DNA of 45,941 bases. Origin: an uncultured Mycoplasma sp. (GTDB lineage Bacteria; Bacillota_I; Bacilli_A; RF39; UBA660). The DNA lies in contig CAZTRE010000006.1 of assembly GCA_964616405.1 (NCBI GenBank), forward strand, positions 1 to 45,941. The letters are read 5' to 3'. Below are positions 19,293 through 29,111 of the stretch, piece after piece. The translations under genes and the position numbers were made by a program. Within the stretch, counting starts at the first letter, position 1. The number at the start of each line of letters is the position of its first letter. A model generated the notes under the pieces. It was given only the letters and a program-made list of their open reading frames with translations. It did not search any database and had not been told where the DNA came from.

Positions 19293-20704
19293 TAGTTTTT
19301 CTGATGGATCTTTTCACTGACACTTCTCACTATTCCCAGTAAAAAATCTTTATTAATCAAAAATGCATATACACATACCACAGCCAAATTTAAAATATCT
19401 AAATAAATATTTCGTTGATAATATAAGATAATTGCAAATGCAAATATTAAAATTGTCTTAATAAAAATACCTTTTTCATACTTAATATTAAGATACTTTT
19501 TTAAGTCAAAATGTCGATATATCATCATTATAAAATATGAAATCAATGTTGAAAAAGCCGCAGCATATAAACCAATATACTTAATTAATGCCACATTCAC
19601 AACAATATTAATAACTGCACCCATAACTGAAGTTGCTGCCACTTCCTTAGTCATTTTCTTCGCAATATAAATTGAACTATAAAGTGACACTCCTACATTA
19701 AATACAACTCCTAGCGCCAATATCGGAATATAAATAAATGCCTCATCATACTGAGAATTAATAAGTATTGGGAAAACAAATGGCATACACGCAATTAATC
19801 CAACTCCAAACGATGAAAACAATTTAACTACAGTATTACATATGTCAGAAAAAAACTCATCTCGATCACTACTATTTATATGTAGTGTAGCACTCTCACA
19901 CCACGACATATTAAATATCGCAAAAATACTAGAAAGCAGCGTTGGAAATTTATTACTAATCGCATAAATACCATTCGCAGCCGTTCCAAGTACCGCGGAA
20001 ACAATACTCCTATCACTAACACTAACTATCCACCAACTTAAACTATTAGGCACTAAAGGAGCTGAATACTTAATCATTTTCTTTATCAATAATTTATCAA
20101 TTAATTTTCTCTTAAAATATTTATGCATTTTAAGTCTAAAAAATAAATATAATGCTCCAAAGCCATTAGCTAAAGCCATTGAAATAACCATTCCTTCTAC
20201 TCGCATACCACAAACAACAATTAATAAAATGTTTAATAAAACTGTAAAAGCACCCGTAATAATACAAGCAATTGAATAATCAAGTGTCTGTCCAAATCCC
20301 CGTGCCACCTGCAATAAATTACCTGTAATTGTACAAATAAATACATCAAACAAAATCAAAAATCTATAATCAATATGAACGAACTGGGTCACAATTAAAT
20401 AAACGACTGAAAATAAGGATAATGATACAAACAAGATTGTAAAGTTATTAGTCATTACCTCTTTTGTATCTTTTTCTTTTCCCCTCGTATCAATTAAAAA
20501 TCTAAAGACACCCATCTCTAGTTCAATCGTAATAAGTGGCACTAAAAGTCTTACGTAAGTTTGGATTAAATCCACTGTACCATATTGTTTAGTGCTTAAA
20601 TACCCAGTATAAAGTGGCAATAAAAAGAAGGAAATTAATTGTGTACATACTTTCCCCAAAAATATAATAATTGTATTCTTAGCTAATTCTTTCTTTTTGT
20701 TCAT
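19292..20704 (-). CDS. Oligosaccharide flippase (Wzx/MOP superfamily)
   Basis: LAKNT..., FFLLPLYT..L....YG, YSAPLVPN..SWW....SDR; 12-14 TM helices. Confidence 0.9.
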   Translation of the reverse strand: MNKKKELAKNTIIIFLGKVCTQLISFFLLPLYTGYLSTKQYGTVDLIQTYVRLLVPLITIELEMGVFRFLIDTRGKEKDTKEVMTNNFTILFVSLSLFSVVYLIVTQFVHIDYRFLILFDVFICTITGNLLQVARGFGQTLDYSIACIITGAFTVLLNILLIVVCGMRVEGMVISMALANGFGALYLFFRLKMHKYFKRKLIDKLLIKKMIKYSAPLVPNSLSWWIVSVSDRSIVSAVLGTAANGIYAISNKFPTLLSSIFAIFNMSWCESATLHINSSDRDEFFSDICNTVVKLFSSFGVGLIACMPFVFPILINSQYDEAFIYIPILALGVVFNVGVSLYSSIYIAKKMTKEVAATSVMGAVINIVVNVALIKYIGLYAAAFSTLISYFIMMIYRHFDLKKYLNIKYEKGIFIKTILIFAFAIILYYQRNIYLDILNLAVVCVYAFLINKDFLLGIVRSVSEKIHQKN

Positions 20705-21164
20705 ACTTCTTCCACATCCTTACAACACATACCACAACTAAAATTCCTAGCTCAGCCCCAATAGTATCAATCAAAACATCACTTATTTGACCACTTCTGC
20801 CTGCAACAAACAATTGATGCACCTCATCACTACAAGCATAAAGAAAAGATATTCCAAGTGACCAAAGGGCTACTTTTCGCTTATTATTTAAATATTCTAA
20901 ACCATTACTAATAATCAGTATTCCTAAAATAAAATATTCCCCAATATGAGCAGTCTTCCTTACTGGCATCACTAAATTTGATGTCCATTTATCTTTTTCA
21001 GTATCGCTTAACTCCCTGCCCAATACTGTCTCAACTGTTCGAATAATTAATCCATCACTTTTCTTAGTAGAAACATATCCAACATCGTTAGAAAATAAAA
21101 AAATAATTATCATCCAACTAATTAATAATACCAATTTAACTATTCTTTTTATCACTACATTCAC
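20679..21164 (-). CDS. VanZ family membrane protein
   Basis: WMIIIFLFS, VRK.AH..EY, YACSDEVHQLFVAGRSG..DVLID. Confidence 0.9.
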   Translation of the reverse strand: MNVVIKRIVKLVLLISWMIIIFLFSNDVGYVSTKKSDGLIIRTVETVLGRELSDTEKDKWTSNLVMPVRKTAHIGEYFILGILIISNGLEYLNNKRKVALWSLGISFLYACSDEVHQLFVAGRSGQISDVLIDTIGAELGILVVVCVVRMWKKYEQKERIS

Positions 21165-21237
21165 CTCTATAACTATAATTTATTTTTAAATAAAATGCAA
21201 GAAAGTCGTCTTTTTTTCATAAAAAAAATCATCAATT

Positions 21238-21266
21238 AAAAAGAGGCCTTCCTGTGCCTCCCTTTG
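21238..21266 (-). terminator. Intrinsic terminator
   Basis: GGAGGC...GCCTCT stem plus T-run downstream of the small ORF. Confidence 0.6.
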
Positions 21267-21268
21267 GT

Positions 21269-21421
21269 TTATCTATTATTACATCCATTATGACAACAAT
21301 TACCATTATCATTATTTCTAAATAAGAATAAAATTATAAAAACAATTAATATAATCCAAAGCCATGATCCACCATTATTGTTATTGCCATAATCACAGCA
21401 TCCACCATAATACATAGACAT
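21269..21421 (-). CDS. Small Cys/Gly/Asn-rich single-TM protein (48-50 aa), sporulation-peptide-like; absent from the ORF track
   Basis: MSMYYGGCCDYGNNNNGGSWLWIILIVFIILFLFRNNDNGNCCHNGCNNR*, with an AAAGGAG RBS and a downstream terminator. Confidence 0.8.
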   Translation of the reverse strand: MSMYYGGCCDYGNNNNGGSWLWIILIVFIILFLFRNNDNGNCCHNGCNNR

Positions 21422-21468
21422 TCTCCTTTCAGTTATATTATATTTATAATTTTAAAATTCGTCACAAA

Positions 21469-21492
21469 GAAAAAGTTGCTTATAGGCAACTT
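21469..21492 (-). terminator. Intrinsic terminator
   Basis: AAGTTGC...GCAACTT stem with a T-run. Confidence 0.7.
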
Positions 21493-21495
21493 AAA

Positions 21496-21948
21496 CTACT
21501 CACAAATTAATTTTTTATTTGGAAAATTACTAATATATAATTTTTCATGTTTCTCATTAACATACTTATTACCAATAAATATATTATAAATATTAATAAC
21601 GCGATTATCTACTATACTAACAAATCCATCTCCTGGCTTAAGACCATCAAGTTCAACATCTAGTTTTCCTTCCTTACAGGTTCCATCAACAATTTTCAAA
21701 CACAAATCACCATTAGCCATTACTTTATAACAGCCATCAGCAACTTCATTACCATCATTTGTATATCCAAATATTTTTAAATCTACTTCTCTCATAAATT
21801 CCGTAACACTATCCATAATAGCATCATTTCTAGTTTTTTCAAGCATCCTAAAAATAATTGGCATAATTCCTATTAAAGCAACAGCTATTCCTACCATTAC
21901 AATTAAAAACTCCTTTGAAGAAAAACCTCTACTACCTAACTTTTTCAT
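21496..21948 (-). CDS. Divergent type IV pilin-like protein
   Basis: RG|FSSKEFLIVMVGIAVALIGIMP degenerate prepilin motif (F1 and E5 kept); ATGA overlap with murE. Confidence 0.7.
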   Translation of the reverse strand: MKKLGSRGFSSKEFLIVMVGIAVALIGIMPIIFRMLEKTRNDAIMDSVTEFMREVDLKIFGYTNDGNEVADGCYKVMANGDLCLKIVDGTCKEGKLDVELDGLKPGDGFVSIVDNRVINIYNIFIGNKYVNEKHEKLYISNFPNKKLICE

Positions 21949-23396
21949 TGTCTTGATAACTCTTCTTTCATATTTCTATTTACAATGGCTTGATAAGCCT
22001 CTTCAACATCATTAAAATAAATTGTTTCAGTCTTTAATTTTTGATATGTTTCATTACCTTTACCTAAAATTAAAACAATATCTTTTTCACCGGCCATATC
22101 AATAGCTTTTTGAATTGCCTTTCTTCTATCAACAATAATTTCATAATTAGTATGAGTATCCTTTACCGTTTTAACTATATCTTCACATATCTTCATTGGA
22201 TCTTCGCTTCGTGGATCTTCTCCCGTAAATATAGCATAAGTTGCGTTTTTTACAACAACTTCCCCTACTATCGGTCTTTTCAAATAATCTCTTTCACCGG
22301 CTTGCCCAATAACAACTATACTTCTATTAATATCCAAAGTATGTACAAAATTAAGTAATTTTGTAATACCATTAGGTGTATGAGCATAATCAACCATTAC
22401 ATAATAAGGACTTTTAGTATTTAGCATTTGCAGTCTTCCCTCAACATATAACCCACTAATATTCTTTAACAAATCCTCTAATTTAAAGCCTAATTCAAGA
22501 CAAGTAAGTAATGCCGCAGCTAAATTATAAACATTAAAATCACCAAGTAGTGGACTATCCACATCAAAAACGTTTCCTTTATAATTAAATTTTATTTCTG
22601 TATGATTAGGGAACACCTTAAAATTAACTATCTGTAAAGTGTTATCAGCTTCTCTTCCATAGCTAAATACTCTTCCTCTGCATGCTGCCTTAACTTGTTG
22701 ATAAAATACATCATCTTTATTTAAAACACAAATACCAGTTTCCTTAACTTGTTGGAATAACATTAATTTACATTGAACATAATTTTCGAAACTACCATGA
22801 ATATTTAAATGTTCACTTGTAATATTGGTAAATACTCCGGCATCATATTCCATCGCCTGTAATCTTCCCCTAAAGAAAGCTTCACTACTTGCCTCGGTAA
22901 CTACATACTTACAATTAAATTTAACAAATTCATCCATATAACTATAAAGAAAATGTGAATCTGGTGTCGTATTTGGATTACCTCCACTAAATGCAGCACA
23001 ACTTCTTCCATTAGTTCCTATATACCCACAAATATTACTTCCAATTAAACTTTGAATAATAGTTGAAGTGCTTGTTTTACCATCAGTTCCTGTTACTCCA
23101 ATAACCTTTAGTTTCTTATCAGGATAATCATAAAACTTTTGACATAAATATGGTAATTCACGATTAGTATCAGGCACCTTAATTATCGGTACACTCTTAT
23201 CACCAACATCTTTACTAACAATTACTGCTGCTGCTCCTCTTTTAATAGCCTCATCTATAAATTCATGTCGATCAGCTGTAACTCCCATTGTACACACAAA
23301 TAAATCTCCAGGTTCTACCTCTTTAGAATTAATTGATATTGCTTTAATAACTATATCTGTTCCTACCCCAGGATACAAATCATTTAATTTCTTCAT
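21945..23396 (-). CDS. murE: UDP-MurNAc-L-Ala-D-Glu:diamino acid ligase
   Basis: GVTGTDGKTST, NTTP, EASS, DYAHTP, EDPRSEDP and LGKGNE. Confidence 0.92.
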   Translation of the reverse strand: MKKLNDLYPGVGTDIVIKAISINSKEVEPGDLFVCTMGVTADRHEFIDEAIKRGAAAVIVSKDVGDKSVPIIKVPDTNRELPYLCQKFYDYPDKKLKVIGVTGTDGKTSTSTIIQSLIGSNICGYIGTNGRSCAAFSGGNPNTTPDSHFLYSYMDEFVKFNCKYVVTEASSEAFFRGRLQAMEYDAGVFTNITSEHLNIHGSFENYVQCKLMLFQQVKETGICVLNKDDVFYQQVKAACRGRVFSYGREADNTLQIVNFKVFPNHTEIKFNYKGNVFDVDSPLLGDFNVYNLAAALLTCLELGFKLEDLLKNISGLYVEGRLQMLNTKSPYYVMVDYAHTPNGITKLLNFVHTLDINRSIVVIGQAGERDYLKRPIVGEVVVKNATYAIFTGEDPRSEDPMKICEDIVKTVKDTHTNYEIIVDRRKAIQKAIDMAGEKDIVLILGKGNETYQKLKTETIYFNDVEEAYQAIVNRNMKEELSRQ

Positions 23397-23497
23397 TTTC
23401 ATCACCTATTAAAATTATATCGTAAACAACCAATATTTTAAAGTTATTTTCCTTGATATAACACTTAATTTACGTTAAAATTATATAAGGTGATAAA

Positions 23498-24442
23498 ATG
23501 AAAAAGATAATTATTGGAGCCGGAAGTGATTTAGGCGTCCATATTGATGGGACTCATCTTGGTCCTACTCAATTGTTAAACGACTTACAAAGCTTTTATA
23601 AAGGAGACAGCATTTCTTTTGTCCAAGATGAAAATATTATTAAAAGTAGAAATTTTTCAGATAGACGCAAGAACGAATATGAAATTGAGCGATTTAACAG
23701 TGCGCTATATAAAGCAATTCTAGAAAAAATGACTGATGGCTATTTTCCAATTTTAATTGGTGGGGATCATTCTGTCGCAATATCTTCTGCTTTAGCGGCT
23801 GCCAAAATACATACTGATATTGGAATTATTTGGATCGATGCTCATCCAGATTTTAACACCTTCAAAACAACTCAAACAGGAAATATTCACGGCCTTCCAT
23901 TAGCGGCTATAACCGGCTATGAAAATGAAGCATTAAGAACATTCCATGATGGCAATGTTATCAATCCTGCAAAAACTGTTGTTGTTGGTGCCAGAAGTAT
24001 TGATGAAGGAGAAAAAGATAATCTCCGTTATGCCGGCGTTACAGTTTTTACAACCAATGACATTAAAGAACGTGGCGTTGAAGCTATTATGAAAGAAGCT
24101 TTTGAAATAGCTGGAAAACATACAAAAGGAATACACATAAGTTATGACTTAGATTCTATTGATCCAATCGAAGCTCCAGGTGTATCAATTCCTGAATTTG
24201 ATGGAATATCAGCAGATGAAGCTATGAAAATCAACGAACAAATTATTAAACATTTAGAATCTGTTACTTCATATGATTTAGTAGAATTCAACCCCTTACG
24301 TGATCAAGAGCGTAAAACAGAACAAATTGCGATTAATTTATTAGCTCAAATAATTCAAGCTGTTGATAAAAAAGATAAATATGGAAAAATCAATCTTTCA
24401 ACACCTCAAGCTGATACAAATAAAATTAATACACAACAATAA
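23498..24442 (+). CDS. rocF: Arginase family protein
   Basis: GGDHS, WIDAHPDFNT, GNIHG.P, SYDLDSIDP..APG and VEFNP. Confidence 0.85.
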   Translation: MKKIIIGAGSDLGVHIDGTHLGPTQLLNDLQSFYKGDSISFVQDENIIKSRNFSDRRKNEYEIERFNSALYKAILEKMTDGYFPILIGGDHSVAISSALAAAKIHTDIGIIWIDAHPDFNTFKTTQTGNIHGLPLAAITGYENEALRTFHDGNVINPAKTVVVGARSIDEGEKDNLRYAGVTVFTTNDIKERGVEAIMKEAFEIAGKHTKGIHISYDLDSIDPIEAPGVSIPEFDGISADEAMKINEQIIKHLESVTSYDLVEFNPLRDQERKTEQIAINLLAQIIQAVDKKDKYGKINLSTPQADTNKINTQQ

Positions 24443-24444
24443 TT

Positions 24445-24515
24445 AAAGTAAATTCAAAATATGAATTTACTTTTTATTTTCAAAGAAAAAAACAAGTTAT
24501 TTCTAACTTGTCTTT
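24445..24515. terminator. Two hairpins between convergent arginase and ftsZ
   Basis: AAAGTAAATTCA...TGAATTTACTTT and ACAAGTTA...TAACTTGT. Confidence 0.7.
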
Positions 24516-24520
24516 ATTTT

Positions 24521-25648
24521 CTAATAATTTCTTTCTCTTAAGAAAGGAGGTAAGTCATATGCATCTGATGAATCACCATCATCTTCATCATTTAAAACTT
24601 CTGGATTACTAGTATAATTCATTGTATCACTAGTAGATGAATTTCTTCTCGTTTGACTTACATTACTAAATACTGGAACTTGTTCAGTTGCGGCTTTTTT
24701 CTTATCAAAACCAGTTGCAATTACTGTAACAATAACTTCATCAGATAAATTTTCATTAATTACAGCACCGAAAATTGTATTAATATCAGTATTAGCTGCA
24801 GCTCTAACAACTTCAGCCGCTTGTTCAGCTTCAAATAATGTTAAATTAACTCCACCAGTAATATTAATGATAGCATCTGTTGCACCCTCAATTGATTTTT
24901 CAAGTAATGCAGATGATACAGCTTGTCTAGCAGCTTCAATTGCTCTTTCTTCACCCATACCAATACCTATACCAATTAAAGCACTACCTGATTTTTCCAT
25001 TACTGCTCTAACATCGGCAAAGTCAAGGTTAACTAATCCGACAACAGCAATCAAATCTGAAATCGATTGAACGCCACGACGTAAAACATTATCTACTTCT
25101 TTAAATGCTTCAAGCATTGGTGTAGATTTATCAATAATTTCTCTTAATCTATCATTTGGAATAACAATTAATGTATCTACATGTTTCTTTAATTCATCAA
25201 TCCCTGCTAAAGCATTCTCCATTCTTCTCTTTCCTTCGAATGAGAATGGTTTAGTCACAATTGCCACTGTTAAAGCTCCTAAACCTTGAGCAATTTCAGC
25301 AACTACTGGGGCTGCACCTGTTCCAGTTCCGCCGCCCATACCACAAGTGATAAAAATCATATCGGCTCCAGTTAAAGCTTCTTCGATTTCTTTCTTTGAC
25401 TCAATAGCTGCTTCTTTTCCTATCTCCGGTCTACCACCTGCACCTAAACCTTCTGCTAAGGTAGCTCCTAATTGTATTTTTACATCTGCTTTAGATGAAT
25501 TTAGTACTTGTAAATCTGTGTTAGCAGCAATAAATTCTACACCTTTTACTCCAGACTCTACCATTCGATTGATAGCATTTCCGCCACCACCACCAAGTCC
25601 AATTACCTTTATTTTTGCTAATTGATCCATTTCTAATCCGCCTAACAT
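24521..25648 (-). CDS. ftsZ: Cell division protein FtsZ
   Basis: [23 protein letters not shown] and C-terminal DLPPFLR. Confidence 0.98.
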   Translation of the reverse strand: MLGGLEMDQLAKIKVIGLGGGGGNAINRMVESGVKGVEFIAANTDLQVLNSSKADVKIQLGATLAEGLGAGGRPEIGKEAAIESKKEIEEALTGADMIFITCGMGGGTGTGAAPVVAEIAQGLGALTVAIVTKPFSFEGKRRMENALAGIDELKKHVDTLIVIPNDRLREIIDKSTPMLEAFKEVDNVLRRGVQSISDLIAVVGLVNLDFADVRAVMEKSGSALIGIGIGMGEERAIEAARQAVSSALLEKSIEGATDAIINITGGVNLTLFEAEQAAEVVRAAANTDINTIFGAVINENLSDEVIVTVIATGFDKKKAATEQVPVFSNVSQTRRNSSTSDTMNYTSNPEVLNDEDDGDSSDAYDLPPFLRERNY

Positions 25649-25660
25649 ACCTCGTCCTCC

Positions 25661-26908
25661 TTAATTATCAAAAAAGCGACCAAACACTTTACCTATTATA
25701 TTGTCATTATTATTTACTTTTTGTTGGGTAGAGATTAAACTTTCCATATCTTCATTATTAAGCATATTATAGCTTTTTCCCCTAAGGGCTAATTTGTCAT
25801 CAAAATACTTAATTACGCCTAATGCACTACTATATTTATTATGTCTTACCCCCATAGTTGATATATTGCAGACTTTAGCTAAATTACCAAACTCTTCCTC
25901 GATTAAATAAGAAAAGCCGGCAACTTCACTCAATCCACCTGTTATAATTATATAACGTATTTCTCGATTTGTTAAGTTTTTTATTTCATTTTTCGCAAGT
26001 TTTAATATTTCTCGCAATCTTGCTTCTACTACTTTCGACACACCTACTTGTGATAATTCTTTTTTATCACCATTCTTATCCTTAACTTCAATAACATCAT
26101 TAACATCAGCATAATTACTCATGCTAACTGCAAAAGCTTCTTTTAATTTTCTCGCTTGAGAAGCATCAACTTTAAAAATATAAGCCAAATCCTTATCAAC
26201 ATTATTACTTCCAAGTGGAAGTAGAGCGTGCTTTATTTGAATACCCTTATTAAAAACAGATACATTAGTAGAGTCTTCCCCAATATTAATAATTGCTCCT
26301 ACTATCATATCATATTTATTATTTTTAACTGTATAATAGTCGCCTGTCGAAGTAAAAGCAACATCAACAGTTTCTACTCCACATAATTTTAAAACTTCTA
26401 ATATTCTATAAAGCCCCTCCTTAGGAAGCGTACTAATAACTACTCTTGTTTCTAAATAGTCGCCACTCATTCCTTTTGGATCTTTTACATTTTCCTTATC
26501 ATCAACCTTAAAACTAATTGGTGTTGCCGTAATAAGTTCATCATCATCAAAATTTTGGCCTTTAAGGGCATCACTTAAAGCATTAGAAATATCTTCTCCC
26601 GTAATTTTATCTGGATCCAAAACATCACAGCATCCAACTACAATATCCATCTTACAATTAGTGGGTGGCACACAAGCCACAACTTTAGTAATTTTTATAC
26701 CTAAAAGCTCCCCAGCTTCTTTTAAGGCTTTTTTCACACTACTAATAGCCTGTTTCATATCTTCAACTTGTCCATATTTAATTCCTGAAGACGCACTACT
26801 AGTAGAGGCTAAAATATGAAATTGTTTATTCTGCTTCTCAGCCACCACTACTTTTACACTATTTGTACCAAGTTCAATTCCAGTATAAATATTACCCATC
26901 ACATGCAT
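25661..26908 (-). CDS. ftsA: Cell division protein FtsA
   Basis: Actin-like IELGT..VK, NIG..ST and ITGG motifs; C-terminal amphipathic tail; upstream of ftsZ. Confidence 0.92.
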   Translation of the reverse strand: MHVMGNIYTGIELGTNSVKVVVAEKQNKQFHILASTSSASSGIKYGQVEDMKQAISSVKKALKEAGELLGIKITKVVACVPPTNCKMDIVVGCCDVLDPDKITGEDISNALSDALKGQNFDDDELITATPISFKVDDKENVKDPKGMSGDYLETRVVISTLPKEGLYRILEVLKLCGVETVDVAFTSTGDYYTVKNNKYDMIVGAIINIGEDSTNVSVFNKGIQIKHALLPLGSNNVDKDLAYIFKVDASQARKLKEAFAVSMSNYADVNDVIEVKDKNGDKKELSQVGVSKVVEARLREILKLAKNEIKNLTNREIRYIIITGGLSEVAGFSYLIEEEFGNLAKVCNISTMGVRHNKYSSALGVIKYFDDKLALRGKSYNMLNNEDMESLISTQQKVNNNDNIIGKVFGRFFDN

Positions 26909-26978
26909 CTCCTACTCTCATCAATAATTATACGACTAAATTCATAATTTGTAAAAGCTTTTTCTAAGAAATAAGCAA

Positions 26979-28292
26979 TTACTTCTTAATATAAAATTCA
27001 AATCCATATATCTCATCAATCTTTGTACAATTATCCAAAACATATTTAAGAGCTGTCTTATCCGTCTGCCTCGTACCCTCATAAGATTTTCTATTTATAA
27101 CAAATACAGCCTCATCCTTCTTTTTAAGTTCTGATCTTAATTTTTTAGAACCATTATACCCCCAATTACCAGTATTAATTAAATCAAAATAATTAATATC
27201 CCAATCATTTAATATCTTATAATAATAACTTTGTTCAAATAAAAGTAATAATTCTCTGTCACTATACTTCTTTAACACTTTATTAACTTCTTTAGTTTCC
27301 TTAATATGTGCATCTGATATATACCTATATTCAAAATGCTTAATCGGATTAGGGTAAGTAATGGTTCCATCTATACCAACCATGAAGTTAACAATAACAA
27401 TTCCTAGCATACTTCCATACATGAATAAATCTAATTTTAATCTCTTAATATTTATCTTCTCTAAAACTAGCAAAATAACTCCTAAAGCAAAAAATCTTAT
27501 ATGAAAAAAATCAAACATCGGCACTGCCATCACTGACAAAACTAATACATAATATTTATCAATACAATCTCTTCTTTTAAAAATATAATAACAAACTACA
27601 CCAAGTAAAAAAATATATATAATAATAAAAGCTCTATTACCTGCATAATTATTTGCTCCAAAATCAAATAAACCTAATATACATAAATCAAAAAACTGCT
27701 TGTATGAATTAGTTCCGAACAAATATATTATAAATATAACTACTGGCACTAATGCTCCTAATATTCGTCTTCCTAATTTTTTTAAATCTTTATCTTTAAA
27801 TACATAGTATAAAGAAACCAGCGCCAAACATCCCCCAACACTTTGTTTAGTTAAAACTGCCAGTCCGATTATAATACCAATTAAATAATCATTACATTTT
27901 TTTCTTTCCATATATATGAGTACTAAAAATAAAAAAAATATAAAATAATTGTAACTAGCATATAACATGTCATAATTAATAAATAAATATATTAAGAAAA
28001 TATTTGCATTTTTACCAATTAACTTTTCTAAAAGTATATATGTTCCTACTATTAATAAGCTTTGACATATGTCTATCACTAAAAAGTTTGATCCAAATAT
28101 ATGAAATGGTAAAGAAAAAAGGAAAGGAAAAAATGGTGTTATAACCATATTAAAATCCTTATACGGAATTCTGCCCATATATATATTATGTATAAATCCA
28201 TAATTCCAAATTTCGTCTAAATCAAACGAAACAAAACTTAAAAACACCAAAGATACTAAGAAAATAAAAATATATTTAAAATACTTTTTCAT
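26979..28292 (-). CDS. Polytopic membrane protein, probable GT-C-fold glycosyltransferase
   Basis: About 10 TM helices; DE motif after TM1 (LDEIWNY..G.IPYKDF...P), LTKQ motif and soluble C-terminal domain. Confidence 0.6.
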   Translation of the reverse strand: MKKYFKYIFIFLVSLVFLSFVSFDLDEIWNYGFIHNIYMGRIPYKDFNMVITPFFPFLFSLPFHIFGSNFLVIDICQSLLIVGTYILLEKLIGKNANIFLIYLFINYDMLYASYNYFIFFLFLVLIYMERKKCNDYLIGIIIGLAVLTKQSVGGCLALVSLYYVFKDKDLKKLGRRILGALVPVVIFIIYLFGTNSYKQFFDLCILGLFDFGANNYAGNRAFIIIYIFLLGVVCYYIFKRRDCIDKYYVLVLSVMAVPMFDFFHIRFFALGVILLVLEKINIKRLKLDLFMYGSMLGIVIVNFMVGIDGTITYPNPIKHFEYRYISDAHIKETKEVNKVLKKYSDRELLLLFEQSYYYKILNDWDINYFDLINTGNWGYNGSKKLRSELKKKDEAVFVINRKSYEGTRQTDKTALKYVLDNCTKIDEIYGFEFYIKK

Positions 28293-28342
28293 AGTCTAAT
28301 TTCTCCTTATCGTAAAACTTACTTTGCTTAAAAAAAGTAATA

Positions 28343-28402
28343 TCAAATATCAAAAACTAAAAAGAATAAAAAAAGAAAAATATATGTAAAATTTTTCTTT
28401 AT
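28343..28402 (-). pseudogene. Relic 5' end of a paralogue of the downstream membrane gene
   Basis: Reads (ATA)KKNFTYIFLFLFFLVFDI* versus MKKYFKYIFIFLVSLVF of the next gene, with a similar RBS-like leader. Confidence 0.5.
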
Positions 28403-28417
28403 AATTATTTCTACCTT

Positions 28418-29104
28418 CTACTCCTTTATCTGAAAATGATTACCATTATCTAAATATAATATTCCTCTGCGTCCTTCTAACTGACCTAATACATCATTAT
28501 AATAATTAATCATGTTAAATTTTGTCAAAGTAAGATAAACCATATTTCCATCATCCATATATAATAAAAATCTATCTTTATCTAAATCATTAGGAACATA
28601 CTCAATATCAGATATCTTTGCTAAAATATCACTATTAATTTCACTCATTCCTGCGACAAACTTCTTATACTTTTTATCCGGAACATAATTTAAAAGTCTT
28701 GGAACTCTAAATGTAAAATCATCCCTGCCATTTATTTCTTGTTCATCAGCAAACACTACCTTTTGATCACTATCTTTAATAAACAACGCCCTATTTTCTT
28801 CTATCTTAATAGTAAGTGTTCGATGTAGTCCCCTTTTAATTTTAGCATCACTAATATAAGATGATGTTTTGAGTTTCTTTTCCCTTTTATACATATTGCT
28901 CATCCAAAAGCTAGGATAATTAGTAACACCAGCTAATTTCAATATATAATCATCATCTAAATATTCATTTCCTATAACAATCAGATTGTTAATTGGTAAC
29001 TTTAAATAATTATATACGCCAAAAAATAGTCCTGATAGGACCAAAAGAATTAACAATAATCTAAATACACGTAACTTTCTCTTCTTGACTATTTTTTTTG
29101 CCAT
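28418..29104 (-). CDS. divIB: Cell division protein DivIB/FtsQ
   Basis: Basic N-terminus, one TM helix, POTRA-like region, LYMDDGN.V and GILYLD; located in the dcw cluster. Confidence 0.88.
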   Translation of the reverse strand: MAKKIVKKRKLRVFRLLLILLVLSGLFFGVYNYLKLPINNLIVIGNEYLDDDYILKLAGVTNYPSFWMSNMYKREKKLKTSSYISDAKIKRGLHRTLTIKIEENRALFIKDSDQKVVFADEQEINGRDDFTFRVPRLLNYVPDKKYKKFVAGMSEINSDILAKISDIEYVPNDLDKDRFLLYMDDGNMVYLTLTKFNMINYYNDVLGQLEGRRGILYLDNGNHFQIKE

Positions 29105-29111
29105 ACCCTAA

